Shown here piece by piece: positions 1 through 11,461 of a stretch of DNA of 64,000 nucleotides; the first letter of the stretch is position 1; every line of letters starts with the position of its first letter. The notes under the pieces are model-generated. The model saw only the letters and a list, made by a program, of their open reading frames with translations. It was not told where the DNA came from and ran no database searches. The DNA lies in the NCBI GenBank assembly GCA_041640595.1, contig JBEPZY010000006.1, forward strand, positions 64,001 to 128,000, in the 5' to 3' direction. The stretch comes from Gemmatales bacterium (GTDB lineage: Bacteria > Planctomycetota > Planctomycetia > Gemmatales > HRBIN36). The position numbers and the translations under genes are program-made.

Positions 1-3000
1 CGCAAGCACGCACGTATCTCCTCTTCGCTGGCACCGTCGAAAACCGGGCTGATAGCACGGAATCCCAATTTCGCCGCCGCCCAGCCCAGGTGCGTCTCCA
101 GAATCTGCCCAACGTTCATACGCGACGGCACGCCCAGAGGGTTGAGGATGATATCTACCGGTGTTCCGTCTTCCAGAAACGGCATATCCTCGATAGGCAG
201 GATTTTGGCGATAACCCCCTTATTGCCGTGCCGGCCTGCCATTTTATCGCCCACAGAAATACGCCGTTTCGTGGCCACCCACACTTTCACCATTTGCTGC
301 ACGCCGGGTTGCAGTTCGTCGCCCCGTTTCAGGTAATTGATCTGCCGCTCTTTCTCGTCCAGGATCTGGCGAATGCGCTCGACTGCGTACCGGTAAGCAT
401 CCTCCACCTGCTTCTTGCGCTCCGGACTGCGCAACGGTTCCAGCAGTGCCTGCAGGAATTTTTCCTCGGGATCAGCAGTAGCTAGCTTGACCGCCTGCTC
501 GTATTGCAACTTTTCGCTGCCTTCGCGGCCGAGAATTTTATCGTCCGGCCCGCGAATGTCCTTCTTTTCGAGAATGCGTTGCAGGTTTTCGACGAACTGG
601 CGATATTCTTGAACGACCGCCCTGGTCGCTTGCTGTTCAATTTCCTTTTCCTGGCGGTCGAGTTCCTTCCGCTCCTCCTCGCTGAGACTGGCCCGACGGC
701 TGTACCTCTCGGCATGGATGACAATGCCTTCCACACCCGGAGGCACTTCGAGGCTTACGTTCTTTACATCCTCACCAGCCCGGCCAAAGATCGCGTGCAG
801 CAGCTTCTCTTCGGGCGTGAGTTCCGCTTTCGATTTCGGAGCAATCTTGCCCACCAGGATATCGCCGGGCCTCACATAAGTCCCGACACGGACTACACCG
901 TGCTGATCCAGGTTGGCCAGCTGCTTGGTGCTTACGTTGGGGATATCGTTGGTAAACTCCTCTTTGCCCAGCTTGGTTTCCCGGATTTCCGTTTCGAACT
1001 CCTCGATGTGAATGGAAGTGTAAATATCCTCCTGCACCAGTCGCTCGCTGATGATGATGGCGTCCTCGAAGTTATAACCTTCCCAGGACATGAAGGCGAC
1101 CAGGACATTGCGACCCAGAGCCAGTTCCCCCTTGTACGTGGCTGGGCCGTCGGCGATCACCTGTCCTTTTTTGACCCGCTGGCCGATACGAACTATGGGT
1201 TTCTGGTTGAGACAGGTTTTCTCGTTGAGCCCGAGGAACTTTCGCAAGACGTATTCGCGAGCCCCTGGTTGGGAACGTGCCAGTTTCAATAGCGCCTGCG
1301 GACCGCGGGCTTTGTCCATCTCCTCCTGGCTGAGCGGCGCGTCGCCCGTGATAATGCGCTCCCCGTCCACATACAGGACATAGCCGTCCTTGGCGGCACG
1401 CAACACCATGCCGGAGTACTTTGGCACCTCGGTTTCCATGCCGGTCGCCACCAGAGGTGGTTCGGTTTCCAGCAACGGTACGGCCTGGCGCTGCATGTTG
1501 GCGCCCATCAAGGCACGGTTAGCGTCGTCGTGTTCGAGGAACGGAATCAGCCCGGCCGAAACGCCGACGATTTGTTTCGGCGAAACGTCAATAAATTCCA
1601 CTTCCTTCGGGGAAACCTGCACCAGTTCACCGCCGCGACGGACTTGAATGCGGTCGCCCAGCAACTTACCGTCCTGGCGGGGTGTATCGGCAGGCGCCAG
1701 GGCATGTTCCGCCTCTTCATCGGCCCGCAACCAGACCACCTCGTCGGTAACTTTGCCATCCTTGACCCGGCGGTACGGCGTGATCAGGAAGCCGTGTTCA
1801 TTCACGCGGGCGTAGATGCCCATGCTGGAAATCAAACCAATGTTGGTTCCTTCAGGCGTTTCTATCGGGCAGATGCGACCATAGTGGGAGATGTGCACGT
1901 CGCGAGCTTCGAAGCCAGCACGCTTCCGATTCAATCCGCCGGGACCCAGCGCACTGAGCCGACGCTCATGCGTCAGCTGCGACAGCGGATTGGTCTGGTC
2001 CACGACCTGGCTCAGTTCGCCACGACCAAAGAAGTATTCGACCGCCGCCGACACATGCTTCGGGTTGATCAGGGTTCGCGGAGTCATCTCCGACGGGTCT
2101 TTCATCTGCATGCGTTCCCGAACGGTGCGTTGCAACTTGAGCAAACCCTTGCGAATTTCGTCGGCAGCCAGCTCGTCTATGGTGCGAACACGGCGATTGC
2201 CGAGATGGTCAATATCGTCCACCTGTGCCTGACCGTCCGGATCGCGCAACCGCAAGATGTAACGGATGCACTCCACCAGATCCTCGGCCCTTAAGGTCAT
2301 TTCATCTTCGGGGACGTTCAGGCCGAACTTGCGATTCATGCGGAATCGGCCGACACGCCCCAGGCGATAGCGGGCGGGATCGAAAAAACGTTCCCGGAAC
2401 AGCTCGATGGCTTTATCCAGTTGCGGCGGATTGCCAGGACGCAAGCGCCCGTAAATTCGCAATAAAGCTTCCTCGTGCGTTTTCGCCTTGTCTTCAGCGA
2501 GCGTGTTCAGGATAAGCGGATCGCGAACATCCCCCAGCACTTCGATTTCTTGCAAATTGCTGACGATGATTTGATCCACATGCTTGGCCGTCAACTCGCT
2601 GCCAGATTCCAGGAAAATTTCTCCCGTCTTGGGATCCACAACATCGCCAACCACACGCCGACCCACCAGTTTGTTGGCACTTTGCGGAGTAACTTTGATT
2701 CGCTCCGTGGGGTAAAAGGTCCGCAGAATATCAGCGTCGGTGGAATACTTGGGCGACATAGCCCGCAGCAGCGTCGTGGCCGTGAACTTGCCGCTCTGGT
2801 CAATGCGGACCGCCAGCACGTCTTTCTTGGTAACATTCATCTCGATCCAGCTGCCGCGCTCAGGAATGATACGGCAGCCGTGAAACTTACGATCACCCTC
2901 TGTTTCCACCGTGAAATCTACGCCGGGACTCCGATGTAGTTGGCTAACCACAACCCGCTCGGCACCGTTGATGATAAACTCTCCACCCCCAGTCATGATG

Positions 3001-3374
3001 GGGATGTCGCCGAGATAAACGTCTTCATCTATCACCTCGTCCCCGCGGTGCAGCCTCAGGAAAACGCGGAACGGTCGCCCATACGTCAACTTCAACTGTC
3101 GGCATATATCGGGATCAAAGCGCGGTTTGCCCAGCTCGTAGTAAAGGTACTCCAGGCGCACGCTTTTGTCGTAATTTTCGATAGGAAATGTCTCACGAAG
3201 AATGGCCTCCAGTCCAATGTTCTTGCGCTCTTTCGGCGGAACATCCGCCTGCAGGAATTGCTCGTAAGAGCGAATTTGCACTTCTACCAGGTTGGGTACA
3301 GGAATGGCATCGCCATAGCGGCCAAAATTGCGGGTCTGTTTTGGGATGATTGTCCGCTGGGTTGGAATCGGCAT
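1..3374 (-). CDS. rpoB: RNA polymerase beta subunit (3' end runs off the window)
   Basis: Manual minus-strand translation from ATG 3374: [19 protein letters not shown]...; contains the RpoB motifs [34 protein letters not shown] and ETPEGTNIG. Lies downstream of rplL. Absent from the ORF track because no stop codon falls in the window. Confidence 0.98.
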   Translation of the reverse strand, partial: MPIPTQRTIIPKQTRNFGRYGDAIPVPNLVEVQIRSYEQFLQADVPPKERKNIGLEAILRETFPIENYDKSVRLEYLYYELGKPRFDPDICRQLKLTYGRPFRVFLRLHRGDEVIDEDVYLGDIPIMTGGGEFIINGAERVVVSQLHRSPGVDFTVETEGDRKFHGCRIIPERGSWIEMNVTKKDVLAVRIDQSGKFTATTLLRAMSPKYSTDADILRTFYPTERIKVTPQSANKLVGRRVVGDVVDPKTGEIFLESGSELTAKHVDQIIVSNLQEIEVLGDVRDPLILNTLAEDKAKTHEEALLRIYGRLRPGNPPQLDKAIELFRERFFDPARYRLGRVGRFRMNRKFGLNVPEDEMTLRAEDLVECIRYILRLRDPDGQAQVDDIDHLGNRRVRTIDELAADEIRKGLLKLQRTVRERMQMKDPSEMTPRTLINPKHVSAAVEYFFGRGELSQVVDQTNPLSQLTHERRLSALGPGGLNRKRAGFEARDVHISHYGRICPIETPEGTNIGLISSMGIYARVNEHGFLITPYRRVKDGKVTDEVVWLRADEEAEHALAPADTPRQDGKLLGDRIQVRRGGELVQVSPKEVEFIDVSPKQIVGVSAGLIPFLEHDDANRALMGANMQRQAVPLLETEPPLVATGMETEVPKYSGMVLRAAKDGYVLYVDGERIITGDAPLSQEEMDKARGPQALLKLARSQPGAREYVLRKFLGLNEKTCLNQKPIVRIGQRVKKGQVIADGPATYKGELALGRNVLVAFMSWEGYNFEDAIIISERLVQEDIYTSIHIEEFETEIRETKLGKEEFTNDIPNVSTKQLANLDQHGVVRVGTYVRPGDILVGKIAPKSKAELTPEEKLLHAIFGRAGEDVKNVSLEVPPGVEGIVIHAERYSRRASLSEEERKELDRQEKEIEQQATRAVVQEYRQFVENLQRILEKKDIRGPDDKILGREGSEKLQYEQAVKLATADPEEKFLQALLEPLRSPERKKQVEDAYRYAVERIRQILDEKERQINYLKRGDELQPGVQQMVKVWVATKRRISVGDKMAGRHGNKGVIAKILPIEDMPFLEDGTPVDIILNPLGVPSRMNVGQILETHLGWAAAKLGFRAISPVFDGASEEEIRACL

Positions 3375-3744
3375 ACGACAGGCTCCTCGTTAGGCAAAGC
3401 CGTGCAAAGGTCAGACCGTCCAGGACGGTCGCGACCTGAGCTGTGTGGAAATTGCGTTCCCCAGGTAACAAAGATTCTCCGCCACCGGTCCAGCAACACC
3501 GGCGCAAACAGCTAGTACGCCACCGAGTATTCCTCGGCCAAAAAGCAAAATTTCCCTGCTCAACTGCCAGGACACCAGACTTTCTTGCCTCACCACGACC
3601 TGGGACGCCGAACTGCTCCGAGTAAGATGATCGGCAAGCGCACCATGAGCATGCCAGCACCGTACCCGGAGAGATTCCGCGGACCGGACGGTTCCAGTCC
3701 AACCGTCCGATCGCCGCCGGGTTGACAAGCCCTGCTCCCTGCAA

Positions 3745-4161
3745 TTATTCCAGGACGACTTCCGCACCGACCTTTTCCAGGCGCTCCTTGATTTTTTCTG
3801 CTTCTTCCTTGGAAACGCCCTGCTTGATCGGCTTGGGGGCTCCCTCGACAAGGTCTTTGGCTTCTTTCAGCCCCAGACCGGTAATTTCCCGGACCTCCTT
3901 GATGACCTGAACCTTCTGGGCACCAAAGCTCTTGAGAATGACGTTGAACTCCGTTTTCTCGGCCTTCTTTTCCGCGGGGGCAGCACCCGGTGCCGCTACG
4001 CCAGCAACCGGCATAACTGCTGCCGCAGCCGCCGCCTTGATGCCATGCACTTTTTCGAGGTATTCCGAAAGCTGCACGCACTGAGCGACGGTGAGCGCGA
4101 CAATGCGGTCGCCGAGTTCACGAATTTCTGGTGCCCAGACTTGACCGTTGCCTTCTGCCAT
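3745..4161 (-). CDS. rplL: 50S ribosomal protein L7/L12
   Basis: KTEFNVIL...[21 protein letters not shown] motif; operon position. Confidence 0.98.
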   Translation of the reverse strand: MAEGNGQVWAPEIRELGDRIVALTVAQCVQLSEYLEKVHGIKAAAAAAVMPVAGVAAPGAAPAEKKAEKTEFNVILKSFGAQKVQVIKEVREITGLGLKEAKDLVEGAPKPIKQGVSKEEAEKIKERLEKVGAEVVLE

Positions 4162-4274
4162 AGCGCTGTTCCTTTCTTCCCTGGATGATTGTTTTCAGCA
4201 AATCTTGCTGTGTCAAGCCCGATCACGGCTGCTAGCTGGCCCCATGTCGCCGCCAGCAGCTGCACGATGGATTT

Positions 4275-4814
4275 TTAGGCAGGAGGTGAAGAAGGTGATT
4301 GTTCGGGGCGTGCCTTGATCTGGCCAGCCAGTCGGGCGCCAGGACCTCGAAGTTGGGCTACCAAATTGGCCGCCGGCCCCAGAATCAAGCTGACCAAGCG
4401 ACCCAAGGCTTCTTCCCGAGTCGGGAACCGCTTCGCCTCTTCGAACGAAACGCTCCGTTTCTCAACGATGGCCACCTTGGGTTCAAAAATTACCTGAGGC
4501 TTTTCGCTTTTGATTCGCTCGGCCCATTGTTCGATTTCGCGAGCTAATTGAGCGATACTGGTTGAACCCCAGGCAACGATGGTCGGCCCTACCCAGCATT
4601 GCTCAGGCACTTCCAGCCCCAGTTCCTTGAACACACGCGAGGCCAGAGTGTTTTTGACCATGTGCAAGCGAATGTTTTTCTTACGCAAATCGAGGCGCAT
4701 CTGCGTGGTTGTGCGGGCGTCCAACCGCTGCACATTCAGCAGCACCATATCCTGCACGCCGCTGAACGTCCGCCGCAGTGCTTCCATCTGCAGTTGCTTG
4801 ACCAGCTTGCTCAT
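4275..4814 (-). CDS. rplJ: 50S ribosomal protein L10
   Basis: VKNTLA motif and PTREEAL; between rplA and rplL; start taken at MSKLVKQ (ATG 4814). Confidence 0.95.
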   Translation of the reverse strand: MSKLVKQLQMEALRRTFSGVQDMVLLNVQRLDARTTTQMRLDLRKKNIRLHMVKNTLASRVFKELGLEVPEQCWVGPTIVAWGSTSIAQLAREIEQWAERIKSEKPQVIFEPKVAIVEKRSVSFEEAKRFPTREEALGRLVSLILGPAANLVAQLRGPGARLAGQIKARPEQSPSSPPA

Positions 4815-4963
4815 GGCCCAATCCTGAAATCTATCCCTTGCAATAATTCCTATTGCGACTGCCGCGCCTTCACCAGTCCCGTCCGGGGAACAGAAATTTG
4901 TACGCGAATCATCGGCCAGTGGCAAGGGCTGCGAAATTTTTTCGCGGTTTCATCGGTCCTCAA

Positions 4964-5881
4964 TTAGACGGCGATGCGAATACCCGGGCCCATGGTGGAG
5001 CTCAAAGTAACGGATTTGATGTATTGCCCTTTGACTGCCGCAGGCCGAGCTGCTCGCACGGCTTCGATAAATGCCTGGGCATTTTCCACCAGTTTGTCGG
5101 TTTCGAAACTGAGCTTGCCAATGGGAGCGTGGACATTGCCAGTCTGGTCAACGCGATACTCCACCTTGCCCATCTTGAATTCGCGGACGGCTTGCCCAAT
5201 GTCGCCTGTGATCACCGTACCGGCCTTGGGCGAAGGCATCAATCCCCGCGGGCCGAGCAGTTTTCCAAGCCGACCGACAATACCCATCATATCCGGAGTG
5301 GCCAGGGCAACATCAAAATCAAACCAGCCCCCCTGAATCTTTTTAGCCAGATCATCTGCGCCGACGTAATCCGCTCCGGCTTCTTTAGCCCGCGTGGCAT
5401 TCTCGCCGGCCGCGAAAACCAGCACCCGTACCGGTTTACCGATACCGTGCGGCAAAGCTACCGCTCCCCGCACTACCTGGTCGCTCTGTTTCGGGTCCAC
5501 GTTCAGGTGCATGTGAATCTCTACGGTTTCATCGAATTCAGCACGGCGGTGTTGTTTGAGGAAGTCAATTGCCTGCCGCAGAGACATCGGCTCCAGCTGG
5601 CGGATTTTTTCCTTGAGTTGCTTGAGCTCGTTGCGTTTCTTCCTGCCCAGCGATGGCGCCTGACCGGGCTTACGCTTCTTTTCTTTAGCCGGTGCCTGAA
5701 CGGCAGTTTTGCTCTCGGCCTCCTTTGCAACCTCAGGCGGTTTGGGTGGCGGTGCGGGTTCCGGCTTCGCTTGCTCTTTCACAGCTGCTTTAGCTTTAGC
5801 CGGCGCTTCTTTTTTTTCAGCAGTAGTTTTTTCTTCCGCCGGTGCTGGCGTGGCTGCTTCAGCGGTTTTCTTTCTTCCCAT
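4964..5881 (-). CDS. rplA: 50S ribosomal protein L1 with ~75-aa K/A/E/P-rich N-terminal extension
   Basis: [28 protein letters not shown] and STMGPG motifs. Confidence 0.97.
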   Translation of the reverse strand: MGRKKTAEAATPAPAEEKTTAEKKEAPAKAKAAVKEQAKPEPAPPPKPPEVAKEAESKTAVQAPAKEKKRKPGQAPSLGRKKRNELKQLKEKIRQLEPMSLRQAIDFLKQHRRAEFDETVEIHMHLNVDPKQSDQVVRGAVALPHGIGKPVRVLVFAAGENATRAKEAGADYVGADDLAKKIQGGWFDFDVALATPDMMGIVGRLGKLLGPRGLMPSPKAGTVITGDIGQAVREFKMGKVEYRVDQTGNVHAPIGKLSFETDKLVENAQAFIEAVRAARPAAVKGQYIKSVTLSSTMGPGIRIAV

Positions 5882-6028
5882 TGGTGGTCTCGCTTCTGGT
5901 AAAGAGTCGCTTCCGTTTTTGCCTTTCCCGCAGCTTCAGCACAGTAGCTGCGTTTGATGGCGTAAGTGCTCAGAAATTAAAAACCAATCGGGCCAGATAA
6001 GCGGATTCCTGTCCGAAATCGAATCGGA

Positions 6029-6508
6029 TTAGACGATGCGTAGCCCCATACTGCGAGCGGTGCCTTCAATGATGCGAATAGCGTGTTCCAAATCGCGAGC
6101 GTTGAGGTCGGCCATTTTCCGCTCGGCGATCTGCCGCAGCTGGTCGCGGGTCACGGAAAAATTCGAATATTTACCCGTGCGTTTGGCTTTTTCCTCTGGC
6201 GGCAGGACTTCGCCGCCTTTCTTCTTTTCGATGGGGATGCCGGCTGCCTGCTTCAACAGCACGGCCGCCGGTGGGCTTTTGACCACAAATTCGAAGCTGC
6301 GATCGCTATAGACCGTGATCTCCACCGGCAGCATCAGGCCACGCTGATCCTTGGTGCGTTCGTTGAATTCCTGAACGAACTTACCGATATTGACACCATG
6401 CTGGCCCAGCGCTGGCCCTACAGGGGGCGCCGGTGTCGCCATACCGCCAGGACACTGCAGTTTGATTTTCGCTTTTACTTCTTTTTTTCCCTTAGCCGGA
6501 GGTGGCAT
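6029..6508 (-). CDS. rplK: 50S ribosomal protein L11
   Basis: [18 protein letters not shown] and GTARSMG motifs; start at MPPPAKGKK. Confidence 0.97.
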   Translation of the reverse strand: MPPPAKGKKEVKAKIKLQCPGGMATPAPPVGPALGQHGVNIGKFVQEFNERTKDQRGLMLPVEITVYSDRSFEFVVKSPPAAVLLKQAAGIPIEKKKGGEVLPPEEKAKRTGKYSNFSVTRDQLRQIAERKMADLNARDLEHAIRIIEGTARSMGLRIV

Positions 6509-6649
6509 GGTGACATCACTCCCTAGCACACCGCAAGGCAATATCCGCCCGGTGTTGAAATCCCATCAGCGCCGCAGATTTACCCACGTGGGAATGGGAA
6601 TGTAGGATTGTAGCAATTACGTCAAGGCACCGACAAGGGGCAAGGTTAT

Positions 6650-7273
6650 TTAGACCGCTTCCAGCTGCCAGGATTCGACTTCCACAGGCACATCGCGACC
6701 GAATATTTTGAGCATGACGCGGACGGTGCCCTTCTGTTCGAGAATTTCCGCGACCTCCCCTTCCATGCCTGCAAAAGAACCTTCCCGGATTTTGACGAGG
6801 TCGCCTTTGCTGAAGCGAATCCGCGTCGTCGGTGCCCGCTGGTCTATCGTTTCCGGACGCAAACCGAGAATCTGTTGCACTTCATGTTCGGGCAGTGGCT
6901 GCGGTGGTCGGCCCGGCCCAGCCCCGACAAAATCAATGACCCCCGGGGTGCTGCGAATCAAATAGTGCAACTTGTCGTTGAACTCCAGCTCGACAAAAAT
7001 GTAGCCGGGGTACAGCTTGGTTTTGCGTGTGACGCGTTTTCCCCGCACCATCTCCGTGACCTTCTCCATGGGGATAACCACCTGGCCGAACGACTGCTCG
7101 AGACCCTCGATTTTGACACGGCGTTCAATGGCCTTTTTGATGGTCTCTTCCTGGCCCGCGGTAACCTTGACCGTGTACCACTTCTTGCCCCCCGTCGTCG
7201 CCGATGCGGCGGCGGGTTGGTTGGCGCTGCCACCAGCTTCTGTTTGGCTTTCCGCCCCGTCCGGCAGGCTCAT
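6650..7273 (-). CDS. nusG: Transcription termination/antitermination factor NusG
   Basis: KWYTV..., YPGYIFV and KOW motif GDLVKIREGSFAGMEG; IFGRDVPVE. Confidence 0.96.
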   Translation of the reverse strand: MSLPDGAESQTEAGGSANQPAAASATTGGKKWYTVKVTAGQEETIKKAIERRVKIEGLEQSFGQVVIPMEKVTEMVRGKRVTRKTKLYPGYIFVELEFNDKLHYLIRSTPGVIDFVGAGPGRPPQPLPEHEVQQILGLRPETIDQRAPTTRIRFSKGDLVKIREGSFAGMEGEVAEILEQKGTVRVMLKIFGRDVPVEVESWQLEAV

Positions 7274-7396
7274 AGCTGAGTCTCCACAGTGCTTCGGCAA
7301 CCAGATTTTCTACAGCTGGCCTCGCCAGCTCTCCCCATTGAATGTCGTCCGCTTACCGTGTCGCTTCTTGGTGCCTGATTCCAGGAAATCCTCCCA

Positions 7397-8356
7397 TTAT
7401 CCTCCCAAAACTCCCAAAAAGCGACCCAAAATCAGCGTCCACAAGATGTCCATCAGGTACAGGAAAATCGCCAGCAACACCATACTCACCAGAACCACCG
7501 CAGTATCACGCCATAAACTCCGCCAACTTGGCCAGTACACTTTCACCATTTCATTCTCAGCAGAAACCAGAAAGTCGGTGAAACGAGGATAGTTCACCAA
7601 CCGCCAGGCAAACCAGCTTCCCAACCCCAGCACGACCAGACTCAGCGTCAGCCTCGGCATGCGCACTACCGTAAAGGCCGTACCGGTAAACGGCAGAACG
7701 AGAGTCCATTCGCCGCTACCGCCCAGATGAAAATGCGTGTAATACCATATCCCGGCGACAAATATCAGAATCACGCCGATCATGGTGCCTCGCCGGAGCC
7801 AGATGCCCTGTCCCTTCTTATACAGCCGAAACGACACCCAGCCCTGCTCTTCTATAGCCAAACTCCAATCCCGGAAACGCGGCGATTTGGCCCAGCGGTA
7901 AAGCCAGACGATTTCCCCGACGGCCAGCGCCGCCAATAATCCCAGCCCCAGGTATTGCCCGGTCTGGCCCAAGTGCCACCAGCTGAACAGCCATTCCAGC
8001 AACCGGCCGCTGACCCACCAGATCGCGCCAGCCGCGAGCCAGCCCGCGGTCATTAACGTTACACCGCCCGATAAGCCGTCCATGCGGGGAAATACTTTCG
8101 GCCAGGCATACACCAGCCCAGCAGTCACCAGCGCCAGAACCCCCAATTTCAAAGTGCCGCCAAGAAACATGTTTCCTTCAAACCACTGCGCCACGTAGAT
8201 ATTCCACAACTCAGGCAACAAGTGATGGACTAACACAACGCCCATCCAGACATATAGACCCCCGATCAAACTGGCGAGCGGGAACGTCCAGGTCCAGACG
8301 GACGGTTTCTTGGTTTCGGCTTTGCTTTCGACTTTGTTCTGGACGGCATAGGCCAT
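7397..8356 (-). CDS. secE: Preprotein translocase SecE, extended multi-TM form (319 aa)
   Basis: C-terminal SecE motif FLVSAENEMVKVYWPS followed by a TM helix; located between tRNA-Trp and nusG. Confidence 0.9.
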   Translation of the reverse strand: MAYAVQNKVESKAETKKPSVWTWTFPLASLIGGLYVWMGVVLVHHLLPELWNIYVAQWFEGNMFLGGTLKLGVLALVTAGLVYAWPKVFPRMDGLSGGVTLMTAGWLAAGAIWWVSGRLLEWLFSWWHLGQTGQYLGLGLLAALAVGEIVWLYRWAKSPRFRDWSLAIEEQGWVSFRLYKKGQGIWLRRGTMIGVILIFVAGIWYYTHFHLGGSGEWTLVLPFTGTAFTVVRMPRLTLSLVVLGLGSWFAWRLVNYPRFTDFLVSAENEMVKVYWPSWRSLWRDTAVVLVSMVLLAIFLYLMDILWTLILGRFLGVLGG

Positions 8357-8602
8357 AGGGAAAATCCTTCGCGGCGTTTGCCAGCCGATCGGCTTTGCGG
8401 TTAGTGGCGACCAGCAGCGAGTCTTATTGTAGCAGAAAGCAATTGACCCTTACACCCCCATTGTGCCAGAGCAGATGCGTGGTCCTGGTTGATAGACGAA
8501 GAGAAATAGACTATCGCAAAACTTACGCCCGGCTTCGCAGTTCCTCGCGGCAGAGGAACAGTATATGGGCCAAAATCCCTGAGGAATAGCTTCCGATGTC
8601 AG

Positions 8603-8675
8603 CAGGGGCAGAGGGATTCGAACCCCCAACCTGCGGTTTTGGAGACCGCTGCTCTACCAGTTGAGCTATGCCCCT
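8603..8675 (-). tRNA. tRNA-Trp(CCA)
   Basis: AGGGGCA...TGCCCCT acceptor stem, anticodon loop CTCCAAA, GGTTCGAATCC T-arm. Confidence 0.97.
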
Positions 8676-8730
8676 GGGCGAACGAGTTTGTTTCGCCGAC
8701 GGTACTGGTCACGGCGTAGCTGCGCAGGGA

Positions 8731-8895
8731 CTATTTCTTCCGCGACTCTTTATGCACAGTGTGCTTGCGCTCGCGTGGGCAGAATTTTCGCAGTTCCAGC
8801 TTATCAGTGCTGCGGAGGTTTTTCTCGGTACGATAATTTCTCTCACCGCAGCTGGTACACTCCAGCCAGACGTAATCGCGTTTCTTTTCCGCCAT
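8731..8895 (-). CDS. rpmG: 50S ribosomal protein L33 (54 aa, below the ORF-track cutoff)
   Basis: Manual translation [54 protein letters not shown]; canonical tuf-rpmG-tRNATrp-secE position. Confidence 0.96.
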   Translation of the reverse strand: MAEKKRDYVWLECTSCGERNYRTEKNLRSTDKLELRKFCPRERKHTVHKESRKK

Positions 8896-9004
8896 TGTCA
8901 GCCTCGAATGCTGGCTAGCTTACACTCACGAAAAAGGTCACGGGGAGCGGACACTCCCCGTTGCTGTTGCTCCATTTATTCACAGATACCGCTGGCGATT
9001 CTGT

Positions 9005-10219
<1,215 letters not shown>

Positions 10220-10497
10220 GATGACTCCCGTTCCTTTCCCGTTAGGGGCAAAGCCAATTTGCCCCGATCCTTGATGCTCCGGGCCGCCCCAGTTGGCTGA
10301 CCCACTTTCTTCTAGGTAGCAACGCCCCTGCCTCGTCGCGGAAAGCACAAATGGCCGGGCCTGCTACCTGCACCTGGCCATATCCATTGTACCGATCCGC
10401 CGCTGGTTAGCCATTCGCTCGCGGAATCGGTAGGCCCACGCGTACGGCTGGCAGACCACAGCCAGTTTTGCTCTCAGCTGTTTCCGCCAGCCAGCAG

Positions 10498-10570
10498 AGC
10501 TGCTGATGGGACTCGAACCCATGACCTCGTCCTTACCAAGGACGTGCTCTACCAGCTGAGCTACAGCAGC
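10498..10570 (-). tRNA. tRNA-Thr(GGT)
   Basis: GCTGCTG acceptor stem; anticodon arm CGTCC-TTGGTAA-GGACG. Confidence 0.96.
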
Positions 10571-10579
10571 AAGTTCGAG

Positions 10580-10650
10580 AGCGGGTGATGGGAATCGAAC
10601 CCACATCACCGGCTTGGAAGGCCGGGGCTCTGCCATTGAGCTACACCCGC
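10580..10650 (-). tRNA. tRNA-Gly(TCC)
   Basis: GCGGGTG acceptor stem; anticodon arm CCGGC-CTTCCAA-GCCGG. Confidence 0.96.
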
Positions 10651-10706
10651 ATTTTCGCACCTGAGCCGAGGCTGCTCCCCTCGTCTATCGTACGTCCTAG
10701 CGGTAA

Positions 10707-10791
10707 TGGGCAGGGAGGGATTCGAACCCCCGTAGGCCGTAAGGCCACCAGATTTACAGTCTGGCCCCTTTAGCCACTCGGGCACCTGCCC
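10707..10791 (-). tRNA. tRNA-Tyr(GTA)
   Basis: GGGCAGG acceptor stem; anticodon loop CTGTAAA; long variable arm. Confidence 0.96.
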
Positions 10792-11094
10792 TGGTGCATC
10801 ATGTCCAAGTGTAGTCAGGCGAGCAAAATATTTTCGCAGCACTCAGCCAGAACGTCCAGTCCCGCAGGACAAAAGTTTGCAGTTGTTCGCCTGATAATAC
10901 AGGGCAACAGATATTTTACCGACCAACCTGCGACTCTGCAAGATGGGCAACTTTCAGGCTGAGTTGAGCCCTTCAGAGTCTTCACGAGCTTTTCCGGCCC
11001 TCCCCAGGCCGAAATATGTTGCCCACCCTTAGAGCGGGGTTTGTGCAGAAAAACCTGACGCTGGTGCTTCCACTTCCCTGCACCGTTGTTTTAG

Positions 11095-11184
11095 CGGAGA
11101 GGGCGGGATTCGAACCCGCGGTATCCCTTTTGGGGATACACGGCATTTCCAGTGCCGCGCCTTCGGCCACTCGGCCACCTCTCC
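11095..11184 (-). tRNA. tRNA-Ser(GGA)
   Basis: GGAGAGG acceptor stem; anticodon arm CGGCA-CTGGAAA-TGCCG; long variable arm. Confidence 0.95.
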
Positions 11185-11461
11185 CAGGCTCACTCGTACA
11201 GTCGCGGAATAGGTCGTTCCACCACGCGACCAATCCCATTTTACACGCCATCCGACCAACCGGGCAGATTCTTCTGCACAACCCTGTTCCTTTCGACCTG
11301 CATTTTCCCACCACCGTGAGTTGACGAATTGACCCTGCAAATCGTTACAATCCGAATCGGCTTGCACGGACGCTGCGTCAATCTCTTGCCCGCACCACTA
11401 TGAAAGCTCGCAGCTTTGCCCTCGTGAAATGCGGTTCCTGCCAGCGTATAATTGGAGCGAA

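Noticed and set aside
90..3515. Long plus-strand ORFs (e.g. 504-1292, 1530-2294)
   Set aside because: Antisense shadows of rpoB with no family motifs
10792..11094. Integrated element or extra tRNA between tRNA-Ser and tRNA-Tyr
   Set aside because: No integrase, no duplicated tRNA 3' end and no cloverleaf found
10364..11367. Short ORFs across the tRNA cluster
   Set aside because: They overlap tRNA genes and are spurious
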